Below, in pieces: positions 40,251 through 54,000 of a DNA stretch of 64,000 bases. Within the stretch, counting starts at the first letter, position 1. Every line of letters starts with the position of its first letter. The position numbers and the translations under genes were made by a program. This DNA is from Tubiluchus corallicola (taxonomy: Eukaryota > Animalia > Priapulida): assembly GCA_030141605.1 (NCBI GenBank), contig JAQGDQ010000025.1, positions 540,907 to 604,906 on the forward strand, written 5' to 3'. The notes beneath the pieces are model-generated. The model made no database searches. It saw only the letters and a program-made list of their open reading frames with translations, and was not told the origin of the DNA.

Positions 40251-42738
40251 ATAAAATGCTCGTTTCGGCAACTGTCACGAACTGAGGCTGAATAATTGAA
40301 GAAAATGTCACTGTTGATAGAAGATTTCTCCTGCAAGATGTGGCTAATAATTGATAGGTGGACAATCATTGAAGATTAAGCTCTGCTGAAGCCATGCGCT
40401 GTAGGTAATTTTACTGAGTTTAGATTACACGCATAATGTCTACGTTGGCTTCCGCCTTTCAAGTGCGATTGACGAAAATGAGTTTACTTAATTAGATAAG
40501 CTACAGATTTTCATCACAATTCGTGATGATACATAGATCAGAAGAATACGTCAGCAAGAGACGTTTGCTGTGAGTGAAATGAACATTACTGTTCACGCTG
40601 ATATTATCCATTTTAATCATTTATTTTTGTTATGTCAAATACAAACCAACAAGTCCGACTCGAATTATTGGGCGAGGAGTTCATCGAGCACGAAATCTTG
40701 GACCAAAAATTTGACTACATCAATAGCAGCGAAATTTGTTGTTGTATATATTCGTTTACAAGCTTAGGTTTTTTTTATCAGGTTTTGAAGTTTTCTTTTA
40801 GATTTCTTTAATTCAAGATGGCAAATTTGAAATCCGGCTCTATCAATCGATGCAGAAGTCGTTTTAGTGTTTTTCTAGTTTCGTGACTATGTTCGCTGCG
40901 AACTGGCGGGGCGGTAGGTTTTTTTCGAAAAAGATGTTATCGCATCGCTACCATATTGAATTGTATAATGTCGGATTTGAATTCAAGATGTCAGCTAAAA
41001 AATCTGACTCTATCGGTCAGTGTGCAAGTTATTTTAGTATATGCCTGTAAAACTTCATTGCGATTGGTTGCAAATTCGAGGAGCATTTGGTTTTTTTCGA
41101 AAATGATATTTTCGAACAACATATGTAACAACATATCCCCCAAAATGGCGGATCGAAAATCTGACTCCACCTCGGCTAATGCGACATCAGTCTAGTATAT
41201 TTGTGTGAAGTTTCATACCAGTCGGTTGTAAATTCACGGAGCTTTTGGCTTTTTTACAAAGATCATCCCCCATACAACAATCACAACATCTGGAAGAGTA
41301 GCCACTTGAGCCCTCGAACAAAAACACATAAAATGTATTTTACATGTTAGGTTAAAATTAAAACTAAGCAGAGTTTATTGACTGTATTTTATATAGTTTT
41401 GTCATATTGTTCTTAAGCAGAAATACATCGGTTTAGGTGTTTATCTCAAAATTAGGCCTAAATCTTAAATTTAGGGCTTAAATTTCAGCATCATCACTCC
41501 ATTGCAGCATAATAATAACTTGTTAGAAGTTTTGAACGTTTTTGAACAAAGAGAAAGTGATCATCATAATTATAGCATGCTACATAATTATAGCCGATAC
41601 ATAGCTTGCCATTGTAAAGTTATTTGTGGTTAGTACCGACAAGATATAATAGATTTGTGTAATCCCTGTGTGCAAAAATAGCGCTGCATTAGCCAAAGTT
41701 ATGAATAATGGCAATGTTACTCGGATCAGTAGATTAATTTCAGAATGCTGATTGGTTATTACATTTATTATAGGCCTAGTGTTTTAATCGGCATCATGCA
41801 GGACGATCTTTTGTTCTTTTGCAGACCTACAATGTTTTACTCTAGGGCGTTCTATTTCTGTATCACTTTCATTCAAACACTTTTGGAATCCACATAAATG
41901 TATATAAATGTTTTTTGCGCCGGCACAATTGTCACGTTAACGTAATCAATCAACGAGCAACTCTTTTAAGAAGTCCCAATACAATGTACCTCAGTTAAGC
42001 CAAATTGCTTAAAACTAAATTGTTTCTGGACTGAACATTTCGGAAATTGATGTATTTCTGCTGAAAGATGAATTAATGGAAGAACAAACAGACAAACGGA
42101 CCGCAAATACGCGCAGGTGAATGGGAAAATATTTGGCAGTTTCTGCAATATTGTTCCATTAGTATGCCTATTTGCTTACACATAGAACTTCTGTTACTGG
42201 AAAGATTTTACAATTCCCACACAATTTAAATACCCTATCCATAATTCTAACCCAACCGTAACTCTAATACAGTCCTAACCCTGACCCCTAACCATAACCA
42301 TAACCCTAGCACTAATCCTAAACATGAAACTTCATACAGCTTATTCACAAAAATTTTATCAAGTAGAAACACAATGTTTTCTAACTTTAAGCGAAGTTTT
42401 GTGTTTCGAGCTTTTGTAAGCTACTTACACAGCCTGGCTAATACAACTAGCTAATGTATTTATACAAAATCATAACGCAATTTATTATCAAATGACTTGT
42501 TGTTTTGGTGTACGTGCATAAACTGGCATATTGAATTGGCCTATTGAGCCTATCAAACGTATCATTTTTAACAGTTTCCGAAAAGTTTGATGGCAATCTA
42601 ATCTGTACATGGGCCTGATATTTTATTTTTAAGCTAATGTTTAACCAAATAGTGTGAAATAGATGAAGTTTTGTGCTCAAATTTTCCTGTGTGAATAAAA
42701 TTCATGATCAGCTGTGTAGTACAATTGCATGTAGAATT

Positions 42739-43321
42739 ATGCGTAGCCTAAACGCTTATGCCCAGTTGCTTGTTTGATAGCCTTATATCCGTGAAACCGT
42801 TAGTCAGCCTCTGATTGGTTGTGACATTGTGCTTGGATAGATGGAGTATTAAAAAATGCTTGTTAGCTTTGTTTTGTGGCACCTCACTATTCAAGCCACG
42901 AAATGCTCGTAGATTATGACTGTTTGACAAGTATGTTTTGGCTTAATTAGCGTTGTTTATTCAACCATGACAGTGGCTGATTCCCCATGTGCATTGACTT
43001 TGAAGTATTTTATTTAGCACGATACCAAAATGCGTAGCCTAAACGCTTATGCCCAGTTGCTTGTTTGATAGCCTTATATCCGTGAAACCGTTAGTCAGCC
43101 TCTGATTGGTTGTGACATTGTGCTTGGATAGATGGAGTATTAAAAAATGCTTGTTAGCTTTGTTTTGTGGCACCTCACTATTCAAGCCACGAAATGCTCG
43201 TAGATTATGACTGTTTGACAAGTATGTTTTGGCTTAATTAGCGTTGTTTATTCAACCATGACAGTGGCTGATTCCCCATGTGCATTGACTTTGAAGTGTT
43301 TTATTTAGCACGATACCAAAA
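42739..43321. repeat. 291-bp direct tandem duplication
   Basis: Units start at 42739 and 43030. The ORF track shows identical 60-aa ORFs, and only one substitution was noticed. Confidence 0.95.
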
Positions 43322-44477
43322 GCCGAATTGGGAACAGCATCGATCATGTATAGTGGCAAAATTATGTATATTTAAATTCCTGTCAAAAAGTTATAAAAGC
43401 AATACTGACAAGTAGAATTGTCAAAGATCTTCAAAAGGCCCACACCCAAACAAAGATGTATTGAAGACACGAATGATCATTAAAAAGGTTATTACAAAAT
43501 GGACAAACTTTGTGTTACATAATGAGCAGACAGATTATAACATAATAAGCACATTTTTTGTTACGGTTAGGTCACCATAATTTATTACGTAGTTGGTCGA
43601 TTTATAACAAAATGGGTACGTTATTACATATTGGGCATTTTTTGCATTACATGATGAGCACGTATTAATGGTTTGATAATGTGTCGATTATTTCATCATA
43701 GGGCTTGCAATGTTCAGACAGCAACAATTCTTATGTACAGCAACAGTCTTGTGGCGCCATCTAAATACTGTTACGGAAACACTGTTGATTTTCTGTTGCG
43801 TACAAAGTGATTGCGGTTACCTCCGGTTAGGCTTGTCAGTTTTAACTTTATTACTTTAACCAGTAATCAAATTTATGCGTATTTGGTCTGACATAATTTT
43901 GCCACCAGAAAAAGCAGAACTTTTAAAGAATGTGGGTTCTGTGATCGATTCTGTAAGTCCAGTCAGGTGGTGTCAGCCTTTTCCAAAGACGCTTACCAAG
44001 AAATGCACCACACTCACGACACATTGTAGGCACGCCATTTAATTATCACGCAGCGTTATACTATGTATCATTCATACGCGTAATACACTTTCATTCCTAA
44101 TAATTATTAACATTAGTTCACCATTATAGTCACCATTTTGCAGAAGGATGTTAACAAAGGTTGAGTGAAAAATAACATGTAACAATAGGTACGAAACTGT
44201 TCATTTACGCGTATATTATACATTTCATCAGCCATCATCCTTTATCGCAAATAACTATTTTAACTAATGTTTTAAAAGTATGAGATCTGACTAAAAATAA
44301 ACGCGCTAAATTAACGCACTGAACTAGTGACTAATTATTGTTACTAGTATGATTCTGGTAGCTAGGGGAGTCTACCAGACATATTATAGCCTACATTGTA
44401 ACTAAAATTTTGTATAGCGTAAAGCTATTACGTACAAGTGTACAGCCAGCAAGTTTGAATTTTCAACAAGCAAACGG

Positions 44478-44722
44478 TTTAGTCTAGTGGTAACGCGTCC
44501 GCTTTCCGTCTGGGAGATCGTGAGTTAGTTCGATACAGCGAGCGGGTAATACCAAAGATTTTAAAAATGATACCTGCGTAGTATTTAGGGTAAAAGTAGG
44601 GTAATAATAGTCGTTGTTATGTAGATGTACATTTGTTACTTACAGTCGTCAAAAAAGCTCTTGAGCTTATGTTAATTGTTAATCCAAAAGCGCCCACTCT
44701 AAATAAAGATTATTATATAATT
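44478..44722 (+). mobile_element. tRNA-derived SINE, copy 1
   Basis: A-box-like gtctagtggtaa and B-box-like gttcgat, a central ataccaaagattttaaaaatg block, and an aataaagattattat tail. Homologous to 56867-57135. Confidence 0.75.
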
Positions 44723-47015
44723 ATTAAGAAAATCTCTATAATGATTATAAACTTGTGAGAGAAATGATGATATAAATATGCCTAATTATTAGAAAACATA
44801 GAAAAAACTCGAATGAACATAAAAAAAACCGACGCTTGATGTCTTAATGATCATAATGCATTATTAATGTTACTCAAGCAAAAGAGAAAAATAATTTTTT
44901 AGCAGGTAAACGGGTGTTAAGGTAAGGCAGCACGACAATACTACAGTAATGTTGTGATAATATTTTTGTAAATATTAGGACAATATTGAAATGAGGACTT
45001 ACCAATATTTTTAGCAATATGTGCAAACCACGTGTTTACAATATTGGACGAAAATATCAATATTGTACTAACACGGTGACAATATTTTCTGAACATATTT
45101 TTTGTCAAGATCCGACAAGGTCGTAGCCATATCGCGACAATATTGTGTGCTGCCTGGGAAACTAAGCAAGTTGTGTAGGCCTACTTATTAAAGCTGCGTA
45201 ACTTGAGCACATGAGCTTGAGGCTTTAATCAGCCTTACAGTCCAAACGTAAATCACAATACAGTGCTCAAGTAACAAGAATGTTGACTAGATATTTGCCG
45301 TACTCTCTCGTGTTCTTATAAAATACGACTATGCAAATAAACACAGACGCAAAACGATTTTAAATATATAGAGAACAAAAAAATTTATGAGCATTATTCA
45401 AGATTATTACAGAAAAATAATTCAACAAAAACAGGAGTATTTGCAACTGGCACACTAACAAATGATAGTGGTGTGACGTGCAAATTAATAAATGTATTCG
45501 TAATCTCATTTTGGCTGAATGATGAATATCACTAATCCACTAACTTTAATAACAGTATTATTTTAGAAAACCTGGTCTTCATTTTGGACTACACACATAA
45601 GCTCAAGGTGTAAAACAACAACAACAATAATAAATCAGAATGTAATATTACAAAGCCACAGAAGTCAATAGTGATCTTATACTACACAGCTAAGCTCTAT
45701 TTAGAGCAAACACAAAAAATAAACAGTAAAGAACAAAAAGCATTATTATTATGGCACACTGCAAAAATAGTTTTTACATTTTGATTAAGCTTTATTGATG
45801 GTATAATAAAGATCTATTAATGCACAGAATTGTAAACAAAGGTTGCAAATAAAATATTGTAGGAGTAAAAAATAGGTTTCTATTCCAAGTCTGTTTATTT
45901 AATTATAAATTTATCTAATGTAAGTACTAAGTCTACAAGTATATTACAGGCCCAACCAGAACTAAAATTATTTTAATATCAACATTTTTAGGCTGTTAAT
46001 TACATTCAGACTAAAATGCAGGGCGACGCCTATAGTTGTTCATATATAAAACATAAATGCGCAAATATAAATAATTAATAAACAAAACACACAAATGCTA
46101 TAAACTTTGATAATTTCACAAAACCCATGTGAGCTCTTGGAGAGTATTTATGTATTTCTTACTAAATTGCAGCCAGACAGGCTAGTGCTCACAGCTGTGA
46201 AGGTGCGTCTTTTTCGTTTTATTATTATAAACAGTATACTGCATTATGAAAACGGCAGGTTTTTAAATTATGGTTAATTTCGTTGTTCCTATTTACACAA
46301 AATTAATTCAGCAAGCAATTTAACACTCAACAATAAACCTTAAAGATTCTACTTGTATGTCTGTATATACAAGACTTCAGTTAGCTGAACTTTGCAGTCT
46401 GAACAAAATCATTTAGCTGCTTCGACCTCGTTGTGAATCATTAACATTGGTGCTTATGTGAGAAACATATGTACTCATTTACATTCACGACGATAAATTA
46501 CATGGAGGTGATTCAATTCAGACTGAAGGTAAAGTGAACTCTAGTGTACGGTTCAGTGAACAGAAAAATATTAAGATTTATGAGACTTACAAAAAATTAT
46601 TTTTCTATTAGATAGTGTAAACTCGACGCAAAACATCGCCAAAAACTGTCACTGAAATTTGAACTGCTGAAATTCGTGTGACAGAACACGGAACTCTGCT
46701 GATTTGCCCCAGGACAAGGGCTGTCAACGCACGAAATTAAGAATACAAGGGAAATATCTTACAAACTAAACCAACAGCATTCTTTCAATTGTCGCCCAAA
46801 GCAAAATGGGCAAATAATTCATTTATAACTATATAATGTCAAGCATATAGCTTACCTTTTAAATGTCTTGACAGATATATAATTACTGCAATGGTGCCTC
46901 TTCACCTAGAAGCAGCAGACTTGCTAAATAATAGTTTTATATACATCACTAATTGAAATCCAATGTTATAGATAGCTACTGAAATGTAAGAGAGTTTCCC
47001 TCAGGGATCTGTTAA

Positions 47016-47567
47016 AGGAAAGAACAAGTATATTGGGAATATTTTACTGTTATCATTTAAACTTAGAAAAATGTAGCAAAGAAATTTGCAAAGAACTGCC
47101 TATAAAGCATAAATTTAAAATATATTACTTTTGAATAGAAATTTTCAGTCGTGGTGATTGCCGCCATTCACTTGAAAATCATGACGTAAGTGGGAGATTT
47201 CGTGACTTTTCATAACTGCGTCGCGACTTTCCGTAAGCGTGCACTGCTTAAACTAATTCAAACTTCTGCAGCTTGCCTTATGTTCACGCAAAATATTACA
47301 AAATTAGCCATTTAATTTTTTTGTAAAAACTTACTATAGTTTTATTGAAGACTACTAACAGTGCACTACTTTTCTTCAAGACGAAAGACGTCATTGGAAG
47401 AAGAATGAGAATTGAAAATAGGAGCACCCAAGTATGAAGTGATCACGTCTTTAAAGTGATTTTACTAGTTACACGAGGCGCTTACTGCAGTTTTTTTTAC
47501 TACATCCTCTGACATTTTTCACAAACACTGAAATACGCTTAACCTCCTGGTAGGCTTCACCTTTCCC
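47016..47567. mobile_element. TTAA-flanked non-autonomous element (Kolobok-like)
   Basis: ttaa|aggaaag ... ctttccc|ttaa: short TIR with TTAA duplication. Confidence 0.5.
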
Positions 47568-49369
47568 TTAAGGTCTTCCGTTAATTCTGAACCTTTTTAT
47601 CAATATGCGAGAAGATGCCCATATACGACAATACTCAGACTCAGTGATTTACATTTTTATACATCCGTCTGCAGTTGTGTTTATAATTTCACTTTTAAAA
47701 CGTGTACAATGTTATGACATACAATAATTCTATAATACTAACAGGCTTATAACTTTATAATAAACATCGTGGATAATCGTTTCTTGGAAAATGTAAAGGA
47801 ATTTGCTCTCTTGATAGTTATAATGGCTCCAAACATTTATGCCAAAAAAGCAACATTTTATGGTGACAAACTTTCGGGTACTAAATGAATTTTTAGTTAT
47901 CTCTAACTGATTGCTTTGCTTTTGCATGTCTAATGTCATGGCTGTGCATGTTAGGTAGTTTGTAAATAGTCTGCAAAATAGTATACAATGAACCATGTAC
48001 AAAATATTCTTGTGTTTTCTAGGACAAAGTCACCTTAACAAATCGCTGATTAGAGCACAAGCGCTTAAATTAGGAAATATTTAATGTACAAGTTACCAAA
48101 TTTCCTTTCAAATTTAATATATAGAATACAAAACTAAGATTTGGATAGTTTTAGATTTAGTTGAGTTCTAACAATATTAGGATGACACTGAAGATGCAAT
48201 TGGTTTCAAAGGTAAAGAAATGTGCAGCAAAGGGGGAGCAGCGAAAGCGCCTTGTTTCTTATTTTTACAAGCGGAGAACATGTCGATTGCATGCGTGTTG
48301 AAAAAATCTACCAGACACAATCTAGGCACACAATAAAAAACCTGCTGATAGTTTATATCAATAAGAGTTTGATGAGCAAAACTTGATGAGTCTGTGGCCT
48401 GCTTTACAGACTTACATAGTAACATAATAATGGTAAGATGTTAATCACACACAACAACACAAATGGATAGCCATAAAAACTTTCAAATACACAGGCAATT
48501 AATTTCATATAATTGATGCTTTTGATTATCTCCCTCTGACTTTTGATACTAATTTTTTCCTTCCACACCAACAGTCTGTAACACAGCTGTATCATTCAAA
48601 ATGTCAGTTGCTTGATCTAAACAAATTCTACATTAAACAATTATTTATACAGTTTGCTGTAGCGACTAATACACCATAATGTTAGTATCTAAAGATAGGA
48701 TTAACAATTGTTAGAACATAACCATAGTTATCATAGGCAGTCTATCTCTCCGTCTGTAGCTGCAGCATCTAAGTGTCTACAGATGAAAAATAAAAGAATA
48801 TAGTGCTAGTCATCTGCAGCTGTTACAATTAAGCTTTACAGATACTTAAAAAGTTAAAGAAATTATGCCTACAGCAAACACAACATTGCACTTTTTTGAG
48901 TACGCCATGTTTAATAATTGCGCATGTTAAGCTACTTACAATAGTGTTGAAATTGCAACTTTTCATGTATTTCTTTTAACCCGTTATCAAAAATTGAACG
49001 TTAAAATGTCGTTCAATTGGGTGGGTTGAAGAACTTGCCCACTTTTCAGTTTTTGCTTCAAAATAATTTAAAGCAAAAAGTGAAGGAAAAGCTGTTCCTT
49101 TAGCAGCTAGGATTCCTCATACTTTATCTGTCAATGACCGTATTGTCATGGAAGGTTAAAAAATACACAATGTCAAACAAGAATTAAAAGAAAATGCATT
49201 GAAATTGTGCAAATCATGCTAGTTCAAGAAACTAACCACAGATGTTATGATATGACTATAACGGTCATATCGCAAGTGTAGAGTTATTGTGATCCAGTGC
49301 TGGAAGTGCTGGTTTGCAATAATTGCACGTTAGTCGCTACCTCTTTCTCTTCTACACATCAAACTTTAA

Positions 49370-49521
49370 CCTCCGAAGCCTGTTAGTCGTCCGCCAACCA
49401 ATCATACGGCACACCAGGATCACGTGACAGTGTTAGTCCTCCGCCAGCCAATGAAACGGCAAACCCGGGGTCGTGTGATCAGGAAAGGGTTAGTGTCGGA
49501 CGACAGCTGAAGGCTAAAGGG
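49370..49521. mobile_element. piggyBac-like MITE
   Basis: ttaa|cctccgaagcc ... ggctaaaggg|ttaa, with an internal direct repeat tgttagtc.tccgcca.ccaat. Confidence 0.55.
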
Positions 49522-51066
49522 TTAAAACAAACAGAAGAATGTTAGTCAAATAACCACATTATATTGGATTAAATACTCATTTAATACATAATTGTGATTA
49601 ACAAAAAGCAAAGACAATTATTATTATGATTATTAAAGAAAGAATCACTATAATACAAGCATTAATCCGACATCAAGTAATGGGTTAAAGCATTATAAAA
49701 ATGTTATTTAACTGATTACTTGAACAGGTGTAACAACTTCAGCATGTAACTGTGAAAGACTTGTTAGTGGTGTTTGGAAGTGATTATTTTTAACCTAAGG
49801 ACAGACAAGTGTGAGACAAAATTCATTGCTGATGTATGTGGTCTTTGAAAAACAGGAGTGTCATTATAGAATGTCTGGATATACACGGGCACCATACTGC
49901 CGATGGCACATGTGGTGCACTTGTGGCACCCAGCGACAATATGATAGCAGCCAGCCGTGCTAAAATTGGACACATTTTTCCTGGGTATCTCTCATCGCTA
50001 CACGTGGCTCTCATTTCTGACAGGTTCCAGTCTAAAACAGTATGTAACAGCAACATGCCTTTAGTTAACGACTATGCTGCCTTGCACAGGACAGCAGCAC
50101 ATATTTTCTGGAATATTTAGTGGAAACACTGCTATATTTAGTATGTTAACATTTATTTCCACATTTTCCTCCAAAACAGCTCCACACTCCACATAATTAC
50201 ATTCACTCAACTCAGCAAATACTGAAGAACTTTGTAATGATAAACATTGGTAAGTGAAACCCTACTTCATTATTTTATTCTACACCAACTCCGGAGACAG
50301 CACGGAAAAAACTTGAAAAAGAAACAAATATTACACCAGAGTTTTTGCAACAACTTGTCACATTTTACAATTTATTTTACACTTTCAGTGTCAATGTAGC
50401 ATAAATTATACTTACTTATATCTACTGACAATAATGCATAGTTTATCAAAGCATTTTATGCTTCAGTTTGCTACAAGTTCTTTTACAGCATATACAATTT
50501 ACATGCTACCCAATATATACACATTAGCATATCTGCTTACAAATATTTAGACAATGATATACATAACAAGAAATATTTACTTAAAATACACAGTAGTGGG
50601 CTAACTGGGAGAAACAGTGTACAACGGTGCATCAAATGCGAAACAGGTGACGTATGGAAGGTAAAAACAATGGTAATAAGTAAAAAAGCGGTAGCTGCAC
50701 AAATGGGCCCAGTGAAATTTCAACGAGTCATGATAAACAAATAAACAAACAACAAAAGAGCACATGGAAAGATTCAATGCTACGAAATTTTAAACTGAAT
50801 GAAAATTGCACCATGTAAAAAAATACACTAATGATGAAAGCAAAATTTTGCCTCACAACGAGTCATCATTTTCCGCAAAAGTAGAAAAAGAGAATTTGAT
50901 AACAGTAAATACGCACCACAACGAAAAATAAATTCATCAATGCAAAATATTCACAAATTTCCACTCTAGTTTGATTTAAAGGCACAAAATTCATTACAGC
51001 AAAATTTGATGTAAATTAGATCTGTCCATGACGTTGGTTAGATAATGATTATGTTAACCAACCTGA

Positions 51067-54000
51067 TTAGGACAAGGAGACGGGTCCCCGTTGGTAGGGG
51101 TGGTCTCTCATGCCTGCTATATGGCGCCTTTGCTTCACTATTGCACCTGTAGTGTGAACAGCAAAATGGTTAGTAAAAGCTAAGTGTGAATTAACCATCA
51201 CAGCGCATTAGCCTTGATACACAGCGTGCATGGAAAATGACAGTAGTCCTCAAAAAAAGCTCTGAAACGCAATAGCTATAAAGCCTTGACATTCGGGGCT
51301 TTTTAAAATTTAAGTTCACAGCTGAAAAAAGGCTCAACAAAACTATTTAACAATTTACCCAAGAACAACTAGACATCCTGGCATCCTCAGTATTATCATT
51401 GCATTTATATTATTTATTATGTTTTTGTCTAAATATCCATTACTAAGTTTGTTTATCATACTGGCAGCTGTCGGAAGAAAAATTGACGATGTAGTGATGC
51501 TCTAGTAGCAATTACATTTTGTAACTGCATCAACTACATGCTTTCTAAATGGAATTTTCAAGCTGCAGTTCAAAATAAGGTGTGTAAGGATGTCATTAAT
51601 GTTAGCTCTTTTCTGGTAAGCCAAAAGAAAGTGATGTTGCCCATTGTCAACTACACAATGTTTGTTTTTAAACTGTAGTTTCCATATTTCCAACTGTTAT
51701 ACAATATTCAATTGATATCTGCAGAAAAGACATTTGTTTTTTACAACATTCTGCTTAAAAATTCATCACGAAAGCCCAACTTGTATAAAACCATCATTTT
51801 CTATGCACGCCTTTGTGTCAATAGATTTCGCACTATAGTCACATATTGATTTTTTTAAATTCTGTAAAGCAACATACAAAATTAAAACACGAAAATCTAT
51901 TCTTAGCCGTATTATCAGGTTTCCTCATTTACCAACTAGCAAACAATGCATCTGTTCTTGAAGAAACTAGCCAGAAGAATAGACTTAGTGATAAGATAGT
52001 AATGTAATCTTGTATAAAAGCGGGCTAAAACTGTAGTTAAGTGCACCAGGCCAAAGAGTCATTACTTGAAAATCTCATATATATAATGGTTGTTTGCAAA
52101 GTTAAGTAGCGTTATTGTTAATAACGATAGACATGCAATCGGTGTGTATTAAGTTTGTTAAAAAACTGACCCGACAATATTAAAACTTTTTCACTTCAGT
52201 GAGCAAAGGTTCGATAAGAGAAAAATAATCACTATGAAATCCACGAACGGGGAGGTCAGTGGAAAGATAAGGATGGGTTTTCATGATAGCCCCAGGACAA
52301 CACCACATACCTCATGTGAAGAACCTGTACAAGAACATGAACAGTAAATCTGTTGAAAGAAATCGACCATGTCAAGCCCAGGGGTATGAAGAGGGGGAAT
52401 AAAAATTGAATGGAAAATAGAATGTATATAAATACTGTCCACAAATGGCTTACCATTGGTCTATGATGGCTGCATGAAAATACATAATACAAAAATTTAT
52501 CATGTGATATTTATGAACGCATGTGTAGAGTTTTATGCTGGCAATAAGAAAGTGGTATAAATGTTTCACTCGATGAAACAAGGTCGCTTTATTGGTATCA
52601 TAATACCACTTTACACTATCATAATACCATATTATAATACAGCCTTTTAACTGCGCTTATATAAGTTATAATTATATACAACAAAACTTATGGTAGTTGA
52701 TCAATGATGAAATGACGGTATAAAAAATCGGTACATGCTCATGTATATACATGAAATGAATAACCCGTATAACTAGATAAATGAATGCACAAAACTGAAA
52801 TATAAATCTATAATTTCCTTAACCTATTGCTTGCCATTCAAAAGTGGCCAAAATTCAACCCTTTTATTGAAAAAATGTCACAAAATAATGTGACAAACAG
52901 AAAAAAGTAGAAGCTTACTATTAAACAACAACAAAAAATTCATTAATTTGACAAGAATAATGAAAAAACTGCTGAGTACTGGAAACAGTCTCGTGTTATC
53001 AAATGCTCAGAAATAGATGGTGTCGATAGAATACGATGGCTGTGAGGTGCACAGCAGCTGAGCATGCAGACTGACATATTTTGGAATGTCATAAAATGTG
53101 CATCACTGCAAATTAGAACAACGCAAAATCCAGAAATAAACCGATTAGTGCCAGCTTGTGCAAAGTGACTAAGCAGTACCCAAAAAAAAACAGCCAAAAA
53201 AGGTTAATTGGAAACTCTAAAGTTAATTAGTGCACAAGACGAAACTTAAAGTTAATTAGTGCACAAGACGAAACTTATTAAGCAGAGCAAAATGGATTTA
53301 AAGATGCACTAGTTTCTACAAGTTCACCAATAATTTTTGTAGATCGTGCAACCAATTTAGCAACCACAAACAAGAATGGAAGTAACAGGCTATGAACTAA
53401 TGCATCTTTAATGGTTAAAAGTAAGCATTGAGAAAGCTGCGGGTATAGACAGTTGTGAAAGTAAAGAGTCATGCATAACAGATGAGAAATGCTCAGGCAA
53501 AAATGCAGTATAAGTTTAAAAACATAAATATATCTAACACCAGCGCAGGTCTCAAAATTAAAATCAGTTAATTTAAACTTTAATGAACTTTGTGACTAGA
53601 ATACATAAACTTGTGACAAACACGTGACTTTTTTAAAACACACGAGCAACAAAAATAAAAAAACGTTTTTTCTAAAAATAACAATTGACTGGTACGAATC
53701 TAGTTTGCAAAAACTTCTTTTAACAATCACGCAAGTTGCCAGCAATAACTAATTAAAGTGTAGCCTGTCATTGGCAATGCACAATTATGCATCATATACA
53801 TGTTTTCGGAAATCGTAATAAGATGCAGATGCAAAACAGTTTCTTTGATGAACCCTAACGAGTGCCAAATGTATGTGAGTGCACATGTATCAGCAGCAAA
53901 CATCTTTCCTCTACCCATGTAATGATGGAGTGCTTTGCCACCACATGGCATTCCCTGCTCCCACAAAAGCACAACAAAAATACCAATGTCAGCAAACTTG

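Noticed and set aside
42240-42325. Telomere-like (CCCTAA)-type tract, also at 34675-34710
   Set aside because: Short, degenerate and internal. Such tracts are common parts of interspersed repeats and do not indicate a chromosome end or fusion.
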